From Eukaryota sp. TZLM1-RC (Eukaryota; Protista; Metamonada: BaSk clade): a stretch of 64,000 bases of DNA. Under the pieces are notes generated by a model. The model worked only from the letters and a program-made list of their open reading frames with translations, was not told the origin of the DNA and did no database searches. The stretch lies in assembly GCA_040285825.1 (NCBI GenBank), contig JAUPSS010000004.1, positions 744,001 through 808,000 of the forward strand, written 5' to 3'. Position 1 is the first letter of the stretch. Every line of letters begins with the position of its first letter. Of this stretch, positions 61,101 through 64,000 are shown in pieces. Made by a program: the position numbers and the translations under genes.

Positions 61101-63240
61101 AAATGGATTCAAATTGTATTTTGCATGCTGCTTGGTGGAAAATTTGGACAAAGGTTGACTGTATTTTTTATTTTAAAATTTGTAGCATTTTAAAGAGGAT
61201 TATGAATTTCAGAATTGGCATAACTTTCATTTGAGGCATTACAAGGATCAAAAGACATTCATTTCAAAATGGAGTGTCAATACATTGTCATGTCTTTATC
61301 CTTATAATGGCACTTTTAGACCCAAATAGAGCAAAATAACTAAAAATAAAAACTAACTAAAAAATAGAGCAAAATAACTGAATTAAAGTCATTTATTTTT
61401 TCTAAATTAATTAATTCATTTCTAATGGCAATAATCAAAATTGCTTTATTCAAAAAAATTTGGTTTTTATGGTGGAAACCATATTGTTTTGTCACAGCAC
61501 GTAGCAATTTCTGATAACACTTACAATTAAAATATAAAAATGATGACATGAAACTCCTGAACCAATTTGTACAACATAAAAAATAAGGATGTAGCTCAAA
61601 AAAAAAGGTTCTTTATCTAAATTGGGAAAAGCAATACAAAAAAGTGACACGAGATGTCAAGCAAAATAGAAAAGGTTTCTTCTTGAAGGGCTGAAATTAT
61701 TTGTTTCAGCGAAGATTTACATTTAGCCATTTTTTGTGTGCATAAGTTACACTGATTTTATCTAATTTTCTAATTTATGACTATTGAATCAATTGATAAT
61801 ACCCACACCATGTATTGAATTTTTCTAAGTGTTAATTGCTTTGCTTTTGAGTCCACATTCAATGTTCTCCGAAATTTTTCAATTAATCAAAGGTAAACAA
61901 ATAAAAATTATAGTTCATCCAGAACTGGTGTTTTGATTTAGATCACCGTAAACAAGAAGAAATTTCGCAACTAAAGACTCTTTATGAGAAAAAACTTGAC
62001 CAAGTTTCTCAACGTGAATCTGAAGGTGTTCAAAAGATTAATCATTTAGAGGCTGAATTATTAGAGGTTGGTAAATCATTTACGAACGTTAATCACGACT
62101 TAATTAATGCTCAAAAAGAACTTGAAAATACTAGAAATCAACTCTATTTTTATAAATCAGAAGCAGAATCCTTATAGACCCAATTGACTTATTTTAATCA
62201 AAAATTACAAGCCCATTTTCATCATTCAAATCAACGTATTAATGCACTACAATCAGAAATTCAAACAAAGATTCAGTCTTCAAACTTTGAGAACAGCCGG
62301 AAAAGAAGAATTGAGAATGTTGAACCAATGAAAAGAAACAATAATTCTTCGTTAACTGACATTAATAATCAGAAAGTCAATGGTTGTAATTTTGATGAGA
62401 ATTTGGATGGTGGTTTTGAAAATTCGGTAAATGCAGTTACCTCTGCATTTGCGCCTGAACAAATGTGTCAGGAGGGGCAAAAATTTTTCCAAGATAAACA
62501 CTACCAAGAAGCAGTTTTTTGGTTTCAAAGAGCAGCTGAAGCTGGTAATACAGCTGCTATGTATAATTTAGGCTCTTGTTATAGAAATGGTAAAGGTGTT
62601 GACCAAGACCATCAACAAGCATTTTATTTGTTCCAAAAAGGTGCTGAAGCTGGTGATGAAGATGCTATGTATAATTTAGGCTGTTGTTACGGAAATGGTA
62701 AAGGTGTTGATCAAGACCATCAACAAGCTTTTCATGAGTTCACAAATGCTGCTGATGCTGGTCATGCTCGAGGTATGAATAAATTGGGTTTTTGTTATAC
62801 CCAAGGCCTTGGTGTAGAAAAGGATTACCGGCAGGGTTTCTATTGGTATAACAAGGCAGCTGAAGCTGGTAATACAGCTGCTATGTATAATTAAGGCTGT
62901 TGTTATAGAAATGGTAAAGGTGTTGACCAAGACCATCAACAAGCATTTTATTTGTTCCAAAAAGGTGCTGAAGCTGGTGATGCTCGTGCTATGGTTTGTT
63001 TAGGTCAATGTTATTGCAATGGTCATGGTGTTGAACAAGACTATTCTCAAGCAGTGTTTTACTGCCAAAAAGCTGCTGAATTGGGTGATGGGGTTGGAAT
63101 GTGCAATTTAAGTGTTTTTTATGAACACGGTTACAGTGTACCTAAAGAACTTCATCAAGCTATTAAATGGTACGAAAAGGCCAAGAATGCTGGTTTTTCG
63201 AGTGCTACTGAAAGGCTAGAAGATTGTAAAAGAAAGCTAG
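55150..63240. repeat. Right arm of the large inverted segmental duplication
   Basis: Reverse-complement colinearity with 27925-35290 and 38000-38305. Confidence 0.88.
56983..59286 (+). pseudogene. RING-coiled coil-LRR paralogue, disrupted
   Basis: Paralogue of 31750-33981. TGA at 57424-57426 and a frameshift at ~58240. Confidence 0.88.
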
Positions 63241-63254
63241 CCAGTTGTTCATGA
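61940..63254 (+). pseudogene. Coiled-coil plus Sel1-repeat protein (6 full repeats), disrupted
   Basis: 36-aa Sel1 repeats. In-frame stops at ~62175 and 62892. Confidence 0.82.
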
Positions 63255-63399
63255 AGTAGAAGATTATAAAGTATTGTGGTCTATTCAATAAATAACTTTG
63301 CTTATTGATGCCATAAAAATAATATTTATTGAACATGCACACTTAATTAAATTAATTCATAACTAATGGGACGACTATCATTGAACCAAGATTTCCTCT

Positions 63400-63890
63400 A
63401 CAAAATCTTGATCTGCTTGCTGTCTAGCTAGAGCTCCTCTTATTTGATTGAAAAACCGAGGTAATCTATTAATAATGGCAAATTGAATTCGAGAACGCCA
63501 TAAAGAAAATATAAAATCTTTTCATTGTTTTTTCTTGAACCATTTTTTGGAAGTCATTCAAAAAAGTTTCTGCTTCAACTGATTATCTTCCGTTTATCGA
63601 AAATGGGAAAGCATCTAAAAACTAGCTGTGTATTTCTACCAGCATTAACCTCTTCAATATCTTTATCATACTTTCTATGTTAATCTTTTGTTTTAAAATC
63701 AAGAACAGTCACAGGATTAAGTTTTCTCCTGTGAACCAAAGTATCATTTGCAGCATTACATGAGACAAAGTCAACAATAGCTTCAGAATTATCAATCCAA
63801 TCACAGTATACATCACCTCTATCATCAGAACAAAAATTATTCAGAGAAAATGTTTCCTTCAGCAGAGGCTCTTTGATACACGATATTCTT
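63400..63890 (-). mobile_element. CRE-clade RLE-domain relic
   Basis: Minus strand reads EPLLKE..RGDVYCDWIDNSEAIVDFVSCN..RKYDKD. Confidence 0.6.
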
Positions 63891-64000
63891 TCATACAGAA
63901 TTCAATTGGCTAATGCTAATCAACAGTTAACGGCAGCTGAAGCTGATCAAAATCAATTACAAGATCATAATCAAATCCTTACCTCGGAGCTTCAAAAACT
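63891..64000 (+). pseudogene. Further fragment of the RING-CC-LRR family coiled coil, running off the window
   Basis: Near-identical to ~57912-58022 (IQLANANQQLTAAEADQNQLQDHN). Confidence 0.8.

Noticed and set aside
12606-62894. Stop-codon reassignment suggested by single in-frame TAG/TAA/TGA codons (12606, 50350, 57424, 62892)
   Set aside because: Where a paralogue is visible they correspond to different amino acids (Tyr, Arg, Leu). The long host ORFs contain no internal stops and end in TAA/TAG.
27925-63240. Giant transposon or Polinton with multi-kb TIRs
   Set aside because: No polB, capsid, ATPase or dedicated integrase between the arms, no TSD at the outer boundaries, and the arms are diverged and contain host-type genes.

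Overview
AT-rich eukaryotic DNA with the standard genetic code. One GT-AG intron has a branch point fused to the 3' splice site (ACTAACCATAG), which suggests a metamonad-like protist (inference only). Three host-type genes look intact: a 1207-aa BTB/LRR protein, an intron-containing Schlafen(AlbA_2)-DEAH helicase fusion, and a RING-coiled-coil-LRR protein. Most of the rest is mobile elements, often nested: CRE-clade RLE non-LTR retrotransposons (three ends clustered at a (TAAA)n microsatellite), MULEs with 8-9 bp TSDs, hAT elements (8 bp TSD) and Ty3/Gypsy relics. A large inverted duplication (~27925-38305 vs ~55150-63240) carries RING-CC-LRR and CC-Sel1 genes and encloses a transposon island. 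The most novel-looking system is a two-gene IS630/Tc1-like (DD34E) transposon, present as two intact copies and one degenerate copy. It pairs the transposase with a conserved, convergently transcribed accessory gene of unknown function, ends in short CTGTG...CACAG termini, and has apparent 2-bp non-TA target duplications. All calls come from reading motifs by eye; no database searches were run.
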